Shown: piece by piece, positions 46,555-58,000 of the stretch | How positions within the stretch are numbered: the stretch's first letter is position 1 | Layout of the letters: every line of letters starts with the position of its first letter | NCBI GenBank assembly: GCA_964187785.1 | Contig: OZ076409.1 | Location: 50,656,001-50,720,000 of the forward strand | Origin: Amphiscolops sp. MND2022 | Lineage: Eukaryota | Direction of reading: 5' to 3' | Length of the DNA: 64,000 nucleotides | Notes under the pieces: generated by a model | What the model was told of the DNA's origin: nothing | The model's database searches: none | The model's input: the letters and a program-made list of their open reading frames with translations, nothing else | Translations under genes and position numbers: made by a program

Positions 46555-48461
46555 ATGGTTAAACCGCTTGATTCATTTTTGGTTTGCAAAATTGTTACTC
46601 TTCGCGAGATTGGGTTATCTTACAATCAAATCAAAGAGAAATTGGGTTTGAAGTCACGATCAACAGCACAGTCAGCTTACAAGCGCTTTTTGAAAACCAG
46701 TTCTTATTCTCCAAAAAAACCACCAGGAAGACCGGAAAAACTTAGCAAAAAAGACAAAAGATTAATTATAAGAAGCGTCAAAAACGATCCCAAAACTACA
46801 TTACAAAGAATCAGGGTAAAGTATAATTCTTTTGCAACCTCAAAAAGTGTCTCAAGATCTACAATTCGGCGAGTTCTGAAGAAGTATGGGCTAGTTTCTA
46901 GAGTGGCGGCTAAAAAATTTCAGCTCAATAAAAAACAACGAACAACGAGGAAAAAATGGTGCTTGCGAATGTCCAAGAAGCCGCTCGGTTTTTTGTCCAG
47001 CCTTGCACTCACTGAAAAAAGTACATAGTAAAAAATTTTCAATTTTGGGAAGGAAAATCATACACAGAGTCATACACAGAGTCCGCAAATAGACGAAAAT
47101 TTTCAGCAAAAAAATCGGAAATTTTCGAAAAAAATCTTAAAGTTTCGGAATTTTCCTAATTTTTTTATCGCAACACCAAACGGCCCCTCCTACAAACTTT
47201 TCGGCACTGTGAGACAATTTTTTCTCAACACCAAAGGGTCTCCCTTCGAAATTTTTCGGCACTGTGAGACAAAAAAATCAAAAATTTAGAAAAAAAATCG
47301 AAATTTTCGAAAAAAATCTTCGAAATTTTCCCAATTTTTTTCACAACATTTCACAATAAGAATGCATTCTTTTATTTTTGAAACCTTCCAATTACGGCCT
47401 TGAACTGAAACAAAATCCATGCATGAATTTTGGAATTTTTTTCAAAATTTCGATTTTTCGAATATTTCATTTTTTTTGTTTCACAGGGCCGAAAAAAATT
47501 CACAGGGTGACCCTTTTCTTCTGTTTGCGAAATCGTCTAAAAACACGGGACAGCCCTGGGGTGGAACCCACAATCTTTGGTGTCAAAAGTGAGAATTCAA
47601 CCGGCTGCGCCAAATCTACTTGAATTCGAACAGTTAAAAGCGGCGACTAAAAAAAATAAATGTCATTGTAATAGTCGGGCACTTTTTGATATAAGCGCCG
47701 ACTAAGAACCGTAAACAATCGGGGAACAGCGTAAGTCGGTGACCTGCTTAAGCCTCAAATTTATCGACAAAGTGTTTCAATTTTTCTGACTTTTTCTTTT
47801 GTTTTTTATTATCGCAGATTTTTGTAGTACTCTACTTTTGCTATTCTTTTTCTCATGAAGTTTTACATAATAATCTTGGCTGGATGGAAAAGGATTCTGG
47901 GAAAATGTGGTTTTCACTGATGAAACTCGTGTGCGTCTGAACAGTGACGGTATTGTAAGAGTTTTCCGAGAAAAAGGATCGCGTTTCCACTCAAAAAATA
48001 TTCAAGGGCAGAACACTGATAAACGCTCGCTTATGTTCTGGGGAGCTATTCGATCGGATGGCAGGAAGATGCTAATTAGATGCCCGGCAACACTCAATAG
48101 CAGCGGCTATGTCGAAATTCTTGAAAAGTATGACAGAAATTTGCACCTACCGGACATTGTTTTCCAGCACGATAATGCCCCAATTCACAGAAGCAGAGAG
48201 GTTTCCAACTATCTAAGTGAAAAGAAGTGGGATGTGCTCGAATGGCCTCCGTATAGTCCTGATTTGAACCCCATGGAAAATATTTGGGCTATACTGAAGA
48301 AATCCCTGCAAGGACAAACTCTAACGTGGGAAAATTTGGAAGAAACAGTGATTGATATTTGGAACAATATCAGTCCCGAAATTATCCGAAATATGTACGC
48401 ATCTTATGAGAGTCGCCTCGTAAAAACTATAAAAAACGATGGAAATATGATTGGTTATTAG
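46555..48461 (+). CDS. Tc1 transposase (DD34E), 333 aa once insert 46988..47892 is removed
   Basis: 46555..46987 gives the HTH region (PGRPEKLS). 47893..48461 gives FTDE, QHDNAP and SPDLNPME, with 34 residues between D and E. The joined frame reads KPLGFWENVVFTDE. Confidence 0.85.
46988..47892. mobile_element. 905-bp insertion or intron in the Tc1 transposase
   Basis: Begins GT and ends AG. Short inverted ends TCCAGCC / GGCTGGA. Contains repeat-family motifs and a minus-strand tRNA-like A/B box segment at 47549..47613. Confidence 0.75.
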
Positions 48462-49149
48462 TGTGTTTGTCTCCTAATTTGATTATATTTTTTTTCTGTT
48501 TAAATTTCAAATTTTCCTCTCAGTTTTTAAAAATTCAACAGGTGTACGTAGCTTTCTGGTACCATAGTGTATATACTAATGAGAGTTCCCATGTGATTTA
48601 TTTCGATTACCGAATATGAAAAGGTCACTGAATAAAATCGTGTTCCCTATAACAAATAGTGGCTTCGCCAATTAATAACATGTCAGAATTTTCAGCTGAA
48701 TTAACTGCCTAAAAAAGTCAAATTTTTGAATACATGAGCTGGAACATAAATGTACAATACTAAATCAATAATTCCGAAAGATAAAAAAAAGTACGATGGA
48801 GTAAAGTTCAGAAACCATGTCTTTATTTGAAAAAAGTGAAAAAAATAGCTAAATTAAATTGTATCTTGAAAAGCTGTAAAGGAAAAAAAATCTGACGTTT
48901 GATAAATATGTTTCCCACAGGAATGAAAACATTATTTGTAGATCTCAAGATATAATTTGTTCAATCAGTCTTCAAACATTTAGCTACGCAATTAGACCTT
49001 AATATTCTTTGTTTTCATTTTTTTTGAAAAGAAAATTAATCATCAGTTTCTCTGTTTTCTACTTTTTTAAAAACTACCAGACTACCTGAACTGGATGAGG
49101 ACAGATAAACTTCTACGCAGAAGCACGCATACAAGCTTCAGGTTTTTGT

Positions 49150-50330
49150 TCGTAAAAACTAAAACCTTCCTTCCACATGAAACTTTTTCTCATCTCTGGG
49201 AATAAACAAGCTGTGAACGCCAACCAACTGGCCAATTAGGCTCCCGGTTCGAAACTCAAAGAGCGCATGGAAACTATTTCTGAAACCTTCCGGGTGTAAA
49301 ATGGACAACCTCTTGAACCGAATATCTGCCCAACTATCGAGTAGGAAACTGGCCGTATGTGGATATCAAAAGTAGATCTCCACTATGAGTAGGGACAAAT
49401 GCTACTTGCACATCAAACCAATAAACACAGCAACTTTGCACTTGCTGGAATAAAACATCAAAAGGATTTAACCGATGTCTCAATGGTTATTACATACCAG
49501 CCGACTTACCTACAATCTTTCTGGTTTCTGGAGAAAGTTGACCGACCATTCGTTCACGAAACTCTCTTATGGTTAACTGATATCATCATCGTGACAGCGG
49601 AACCAGAATGCAAAAACATACCAGAAACTTAGAAACGGTACTGAAGCACTTTAAACAATAGAGACACAAAGGCAGCAAAAAGGAATCAAAACTCTACCAA
49701 AACACCCCGTGTCTTGGACACACGAAAAATGAAAACGAAAAAAGACCAAACAAGGGAAAAACCGATGCAATAAGAAAATTAGAACAACCAGCAAACTAAG
49801 AAATCTCTGGAGTTCTACTTTCGCGCTATCCAATGCTTCGCAAAGTTCATACCAAGCCTTTTAGAAAAGACGTGTAACACGAGAAGACTTGATAAAAGGA
49901 ACAAAATGGGATTGGACATAACAAAAAACGGACATCAACAATATACAAAGAGAATGGACAACATTACAATGTCTTGCACATTACAGCAGGAAACAGACAA
50001 CTGAGAATAACTCGTGGCAAAAAAGATCAAACGGAGATGTGAACCAGTCGAAGACACCAGCTGCTATCTGAATGATACAGAAACGAAACCGCCGGTGGGC
50101 AAACTGGACCTTTTAGCAGTAGTTTGGGGTCTCGAACGATTTATATTTTATCTATTTGGATAGCAAGCTCAACAACCAAGCACATGAACCGTTACTGAAG
50201 AGAAACAAAACCAAGAAACAGTAGAGCGCCCGCCTGAAACAATGACTGAACCCCTTCGACATTGCCATGAAATCCACAGTTGGGAAAACACCCGAATCCA
50301 GAGATTTCATTAACCGCAATTGATTTTTTA
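49150..50330 (+). pseudogene. Decayed Gypsy RT/RNase H related to the 54.8-60.6 kb element
   Basis: SKVDLHYE*GQM..FALAG, EKVDR..WLTDIIIVT and LLAVVWGLERF align with SKIDLDYAYVQM..FALTG, EKIDR..WLDDIIIVT and LLAVVWGLEKF. Confidence 0.75.
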
Positions 50331-51749
50331 AACCGCATTAATAACAGAATCAGATCAAAACAAATAATAGTTTATCAACGATATCGCGAAACTAGTAACA
50401 TTGAATAGCCACATTGGACTTGTTTTCAACATCTCAAAATGCACCCACACGGCCAAGATGATTGACGTGCATGATACGCATCAGCACGAAGAACCGGTCG
50501 CAACACATGAATCGGAGGTATACACACCAATCCCCGTGTCCGAATATCGAGACAGTGTCCCAATTGAAAAAATCGCGGTGCAATACGTGCAAAATTAATC
50601 GTATTGTGAAAAAAGTAGCCGAAATAAAAAATATCAAGAGTATCAAATCTCTGAGAAAACTTTAAGAGCCAAGGTACAGGCGAGGAATTACTTTTTCGGA
50701 AAGACTTGAACAAGAAAACGGTAAGCACCAACAAACAATTCAGTTATTCGTTTGTTTATTTAAAACCTACAAATAAAATGAAATGAAAAACAAAATGAAA
50801 TATGACAGAGGTCAATTCACATCCCCCGGAAAGTTTGCAGAAAAGCCGATCGACTTTGATATCAACATGGTGTCCGATAACGAGTTCAACTGTTTTGATA
50901 AAAGTCACGGCATGCCAGTGCACAGGAACATCGAAGACGAGTTACTACTACATCCCCAAAAAAGCATCAACCTGACTCTAGACTCGTGTACACATAATGT
51001 TATCATAGAAAATGAACCAATTCAACCGGTCGGAAAATTGAAAAAGGCAGCTGTTTTCTAAACAAACTGAGAAACTGGGCGGGGCACGGTACTATACGGG
51101 TTTTACAAAAGAAACTAGTTGATAACCATGTTCTGCTACATGGAAATCCAAGAAGTTATACAACGACCAAGGAGAAACCGGAGAACCGTAATATACGAAT
51201 TGAAAAGCTACGCATTAGTTAAATACGACATAACAATAAACTAACCAATCCATTCGCTTTATCCGTGGAGGGGTAATGCGGGAACCAGATACCTGGTTAG
51301 TGAAGGAGATGCATTATATAACTTATTTTCTACTATGAGATGTCTCACAATGTCAAAAGTTGTTGCATAAGGTAAATGAAAATCCCAGGGCTTCTTCTTC
51401 CTTCTATTCATAATGTTTTCAAGCTAGTTGGGTAAAATTGAAGTCCTTAATTCGTCTAGAAACAAAACTTGCTTTCTCAAAATTATCATTTTTCAAAATT
51501 CCGTCGCAGAAAAAACTTCGAAAAACATTCTAAAGACAACAATAACTTGTTCAATTGCAATCTTGCGAAGTTTTTTCAAAAACAATAGAACGCTCCGATT
51601 AAAGCGAACCGAAACCCAACATTGAGGGATGTCACAATTCCAGACGGAAAGATTTGAAAACAAGTCGGGGACGCTCCAAGTGGGCGCTATATCTGAGGCC
51701 CAGAAATAGCGAAAGACTTCAAAGTGTCAAGAAAACGGAAAACGTTGTA

Positions 51750-53535
51750 TCCGATCTTTCAAAACGTTATATCTGAACATTGAAAACGTTACATGCGAAC
51801 TTTGAAAACGTTACATCCGAACTTTAAAAACGTTAATTCCGAACTATGAAAACGTTACACCCGTACTTTGAAAACGTTATACCCGAACTCTAACATTGTT
51901 ATATCCGAACATTAAGAACGGTATAACCGAACTTTGAAAACGTTATATCCGAACATTGAAAACGTTAAATCCGAATTTTGAAAACATTAAATCCGAACTT
52001 TGAAAACGGTATATCCGTACTTTGAAAACGCTATATCCGAACTTTGAAAACATTACATCCGAACTTTGAAAACGTTACATCGGAACTTTGAAAACGTTAT
52101 TTCCGAACTTTGAAAACGGTATAACCGAACTTTGAAAACGTTATACCCGAAGATTGAAAACGATAAATCCGAATTTTGAAAACATTAAATCCGAACTTTG
52201 AAAACGTTACATCCGAACTTTGAAAACGGTATATCCGTACTTTGAAAACGCTATATCCGAACTTTGAAAACATTACATCCGAACTTTGAAAACGTTACAT
52301 CGGAACTTTGAAAACGTTATTTCCGAACTTTGAAAACGGTATAACCGAACTTTGAAAACGTTATACCCGAAGATTGAAAACGATAAATCCGAATTTTGAA
52401 AACATTAAATCCGAACTTTGAAAACGTTACATCCGAACTTTGAAAACGTTACATCCGGAATTTCAAAACGTTCTATCCGAACATTGAAAACGTTACATCC
52501 GAGCTTTGAAAACTTTACACCTGAACTTTCAAAACGTTACAACGGAACTTTGAAAACCTTATTTCCGAACTTTGAAAACGGTATACCTGTACTTTGAAAA
52601 TGTTATATCCCAACTCTAACAATGTTATATCCGAACATTGAAAACGGTATAACCGAACTTTGAAATCGTTATACCCGAACTTTGAAAACGTTAAATCCGA
52701 GTTTGGAAAACATTAAATCCGAACTTTGAAAACGGTATTTCCGAACTTTGAAAACGTTATATCCGTACTTTGAAAACGCTATATCCGAACTTTGAAAACG
52801 TTACATCCGAACTTTGAAAACGTTACATCTGAACTTTGAAAACGTTACATCCGAACTTTGAAAACGTTATTTCCGAACTTTGAAAACGGTATACCCGTAC
52901 TTTTAAAACGTTATATCCGTACTTTGAAAACGTTATAGCCGAGCTTTGAAAACGTTATATCCGAACTTTGAAAACGTTACATTCGATCTTTGAAAACGTT
53001 ACATCTGAACTTTGAAAACGTTCAATCCGAATTTTGAAAACATTAAATCCGAACTTTGAAAACGTTACATCCGAACTTTGAAAACGTTACATCCGAACTT
53101 TCAAAACGTTATATCCGAACATCGAAAACCTTACATGCGAACATTGGAAACGTTACATCCGAACTTTGAAAACGGTATTTCCGAACTTTGAAAACGTTAT
53201 ATCCGTACTTTGAAAACGTTATAGCCGAGCTTTGAAAACGTTATATCCGAACTTTGAAAACGTTACATTCGATCTTTGAAAACGTTACATCTGAACTTTG
53301 AAAACGTTACATCCGGAATTTCAAAACGTTATATCCGAAAATTGAAAACGTTACATCCGAGCTTTGAAAACGTTACACCTGAACTTTGAAACGTTACATC
53401 GGAACTTTGAAAACCTTATTTCCGAACATTGAAAACGTTACATCCGAGCTTTGAAAACGTTACACCTGAACTTTGAAAACCTTATTTCCGAACTTTGAAA
53501 ACGGTATACCCGAATGTTGAAAATATTATATCCGA
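51750..53535. repeat. 22-bp tandem satellite (~80 units), consensus CCGAACTTTGAAAACGTTACAT
   Basis: Head-to-tail units with no spacers. A 220-bp (10-unit) higher-order duplication is visible at ~52011 and ~52231. Confidence 0.95.
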
Positions 53536-55013
53536 AGCGCGTGAACTAATGAACAAAAAAGTGGACCATTCAGAGTGAACTGAAAAAACTACACTATGTA
53601 ATGATCGCTTTTTTTTCCTTGAGGGAAAAGGCCCAGACTAAAAACAGTCAGTTCGTTCAAATTTCAGTGCGAATCATGGCAAAATGTTTCAATCCGCTTA
53701 CGCTACGGTCGCCTAAAATGATCAAAAGTGGACCATTCGGGCATTAAATAAGCTTTTTCTCGCGTCTACATAATTCAATAATATTCAGACGACGCCAGTC
53801 GTGTGTCAATTTTGAATTTTCACTGAAAATATAGAATAATTGAAGGATGATCTTTTAAACAGTAGACGAAAAAATTGTATCATTCAGCTACATTGTCTCA
53901 ATAGACGACAAAACCACTCATTCTGATAATCAGGTAAATTGGAAAATGCACAGACTAAAAAAATAATTGTCCTAATAGTTTGCTCCTCTACTCCAAAAGA
54001 CGCCACCAAAAAATCACAAGGTAACTATTGCTGTTGTTGTTTTATGTTGTGGTGGACCCATTTCACTTATTTGAGGTATTTTGAGGAGGAAAACTTTTCA
54101 AATTGACCATATTATCAGTTTAATTCGCTTGAATTCGGAACAAACGGATGCAATAGCGTTGTGTATATCTCAGAAGTACGTGATCAAATTGTTCGTTTAC
54201 CAGAAGCCCATGGACTCCGCAAGTCGTATGCCCTTCCGTTCTGCATCGGGTTTCAATGGAGATGCAGCGATATTTTTTGTAGCAATGTGAGCCAAGTGCT
54301 TTGTTTCAACAAACATTAAAAACCAAGTCCCAAAACGTTAAGACTCTGAGGCGCTCAACGGGCGCTTTTTATTCCTTTTTGACGATTTTAGTCGGTGCAT
54401 TTCATAAAAATGTGCCAAAATTCTACTGTATATGTTTATAATTACTCTTCGTTGAAAAAAAACTTTGTCTACAGCTCAACTTCTTTTTCGTAACGTAAAC
54501 AAGAAATACGCGATTGCCAAACGTTGGCCTAATTAATTTTTGGGCGTTAGTTCTCATTTGTTCAATAATCCGATACTACTACATGACGCAAATCCGTTTT
54601 CCCCAGAACCTACTGTGACTTTGTTTGAAGAGGGATATTGCGTTTATCTGAAAATGTTTACATATTTCCCCAAAATTTTATTTTTTTTTGGAAGTACGCA
54701 TGGAAAAAGCAACATGAATTGTAACGGCAAGCTCTGGTACAGCAATATCAACCGATTTTGCAACTTTGACATGTTCAGAAATTTTGTCAAAAATTCTAAT
54801 CCGATGTGTTGTAATGCGGTTGATTCCGAATGACCTTTACCGAGCTCCGGTCTAGACTCTTTAGACAACCATACAAGTTGTTTACATACAAACTTGAAAA
54901 TAGAATACAATTTATATACATTTAGTATATACTTTGGTTACAAAATAGTCGTGCTGAATACACATTATATTTTATCATCTTGTCCTATATTAACCTAGCT
55001 TAGAAATAAAACA

Positions 55014-55028
55014 TGGCGCAGTCAGCCA
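55014..55028 (+). promoter_or_regulatory. Primer-binding site, probably tRNA-Ser
   Basis: TGGCGCAGTCAGCC directly after the 5' LTR. Confidence 0.7.
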
Positions 55029-55064
55029 ATTTTTAACAAAAAATTACAACGAACTTCCAACAAG

Positions 55065-58000
55065 ATGGCAGAACGAAACACAGTACCAAACCTAGAAGCA
55101 AAAGCTACCGACGGAAACCCGGTTTTCACACCGAAACAATGGCTAGAACGATTCCGGCAATTTTGCAAACGGGAACATAAAATAGACATCGCACCATTAC
55201 TAAAAGGTGAAGAGATCACGGACACCGGATGGACCGGAAAAGAACAAGCCATACAAGAAGACTTCATATGGGGTGTGGGACCGGAAGCACTCTATCAGAT
55301 AACAAGGGCCGAATATAAAACGGAACCCGACAGCATAAAAATAAAAGACCTAATCCGGTTATTTACCGAGTTCTACATGCCAAAAAGGAACACTTACCAC
55401 AACCGAGGAGATTTCTTCTGGGCAAAACAGACAGAAGAAGAAACACCGGAAGAATTCTGGAGACGGCTAATTGAAATTGAAAAAGAATGTAACTTCAACA
55501 CGATCTCGGCTGAAGAATTACTAATATCGAAATACATGACAGCAATCACCGATAAAAAATTACGGGACAAAATAATGAAGGAAAAAACTCTGGAAATGAA
55601 GAAGATAATCGAATTGATAAAACAGAACACGTATGAAAAGAAATACAAAAAGAACACAATTCCGGAAGCCTTGATATCAACGAAAGAGAAACACATAATA
55701 AAAGAAGAACCAATACAAAGAATGGAAAGATTCGGAACAAGACCGAAAAACAGAATCTTCAGTAACCGACCGTGCAGATTTTGTAATGCCCCAAACTGGA
55801 CACCGTTACACAAATGTCCCGCAACAGACGCGAACTGCAACAAATGCGGAAAGAAAGGACACTACGCGAAAGCATGCAGACAGAAATTCAACAACAACCG
55901 AACAGTGAAAAGACTAACCGAAGATGAAATGAACGAACCGAACGAATCATCATGCGAGTCAGAAGAAAGCATACACCACATAAAAGAAATAAAGAAAATC
56001 GAAGAAACGAACAAACACTACACCGCGAACGTGAAAATCAACGGAGTAATAAAAGAATTCATAATCGACACCGGGTCACCAATATCAATAATGCCTCCGG
56101 ACAAACGAATAATGAAAACAACCGAATTACAAAAAGTATCTAACCGATACCAAGATGTCAACAAGAACGAAGTAAAATTCCGGGGAAAAATTCCGGTAAA
56201 TATCGAATACGAAAAAAACAAACAGAAAATGGAAATTTTAATAACCGAAAGAACCGACATCACACCTTTATTAGGCATGGACTGGATGAAAACTTTCAAA
56301 CTAACTATCGGAAGAATACAATTGGCCGAAAGCAACCAATCAGAAAGAGAGAAAATATTCGGAAAATTCCAAGGCCTATTTGAAAACAACGAAACAACAA
56401 AAGACACCGAAATAAATATCCAGCTCAAACCGGGACACTACCCGATTAAACAAAAAGCAAGACCGGTACCACTACATCTACAAGAAGATGTCGAAAGAGA
56501 ATTGAAGAAACTAATCCGAACCGGACATCTAGAAAAAATAAATGATGTAGACGAAGACTGTTTCGTATCACCGGTAGTGATCACAGTGAAAAGCGACAAA
56601 TCGGTAAAGATAGCACTTGATTCACGAAAACTAAACGACAGCTGCATAAAAATGAGACCCCATATGCCGAACATGGAAGAACTGTTAAACCAAATTTCGG
56701 TGGAAATCACACGCGACCGGACAGCACAATTATTCATGTCAAAGATTGACTTAGATTACGCATACGTACAAATGAAATTATCAGAAGAGACAAGCCGACA
56801 ATGCGTATTTGCACTAACCGGAGGAAATTTTAGCGGATACTACCGATTTAAAAAAGGGTTTTACGGTCTCGTCGACATACCCACAATTTTCCAGGAAAAA
56901 ATAGACCGAACCCTTGAATACTGTACACCGGCGTGGCTAGACGACATAATAATAGTAACACGGGGAAGTAAACAAGACCACGAAAAGAAACTATTCGACG
57001 TCCTGGATAAACTAGAAAAGGCTGGATACCGGGCAAGCAAAAAGAAATCCGAATTCTTCATGAAGGAAACAAAATGGCTCGGACACGAAATAAATGAGAA
57101 CGGAATAAAACCGTACGACGAGAAAGTGGAAGCAATATTAAAACTAAAACCACCGGAAAACACAAAAGATCTGAAATCATTTCTCGGTGCTATACAATAT
57201 ATGTCAAAATTTCTACCGAAACTTTCGGAACAAACAGACCGACTGAGAAAATTATTGAAAAAGAACGGACCATGGATATGGGGACCGGAACAAGAGACGG
57301 ATTTCAACCGAATAAAACAAATGTTAACCGAAGGTCCATGTTTAGCGCACTATGCAAAAGACAAAGATAACATGGTGACAACCGATGCCAGCAAAACCGG
57401 ACCCGGTATAACATTATGGCAGAAACAAGACGACGGAAATATAAAACCGATTGCATACGGAAGCAGATATTTAAACGATACCGAAAAAAATTACTCAATC
57501 GGTGAATTGGAACTACTAGCAGTAGTTTGGGGATTAGAAAAATTCCGATTCCACCTTTACGGAAAGAAAGTGTATTTATACACAGACCACCAAGCACTGG
57601 AACCATTAATAAAACGAAATCGGTGCAATAAACAATACAGTGCAAGATTAACTCGGTGGTTAGACCGACTAGCACACTTTGACATCGCAATACAAGACAT
57701 CGCGGGAAGCAATTTGAAATTCACGGACTTCCTCAGTAGAAATCCGGTAGAGGGAGCTACACCGGAAGATAATTACGATGAGGAATATGTAATTAACATA
57801 TTATCCGAACAAGCGAAACTAAACGCAAAATACGGACAATTATTCGCCGACCAATCAGATACCAGCAAACGCGTAACCGAAATAGAAAACGGTAGATCGG
57901 AAAACAAAACTGAGCAACAAAACAACCAATCACAAGCGAGTAGAATATTCGAGAACAAAAATGGCGTGAACAAAATAAACCGAAACGAGAAAAGCACATC

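Larger units (their letters stand above)
46439..48569 (+). mobile_element. Full-length Tc1 DNA transposon
   Basis: TA TSDs at 46437..38 and 48570..71. TIRs CACTATGGTACCA(A/G)AAAGCTA(A/C)GTACA(G/C)CTG. Confidence 0.93.

Noticed and set aside
51750..53535. CRISPR array
   Set aside because: Units are contiguous 22-mers with no unique spacers, there are no cas genes, and the context is eukaryotic.
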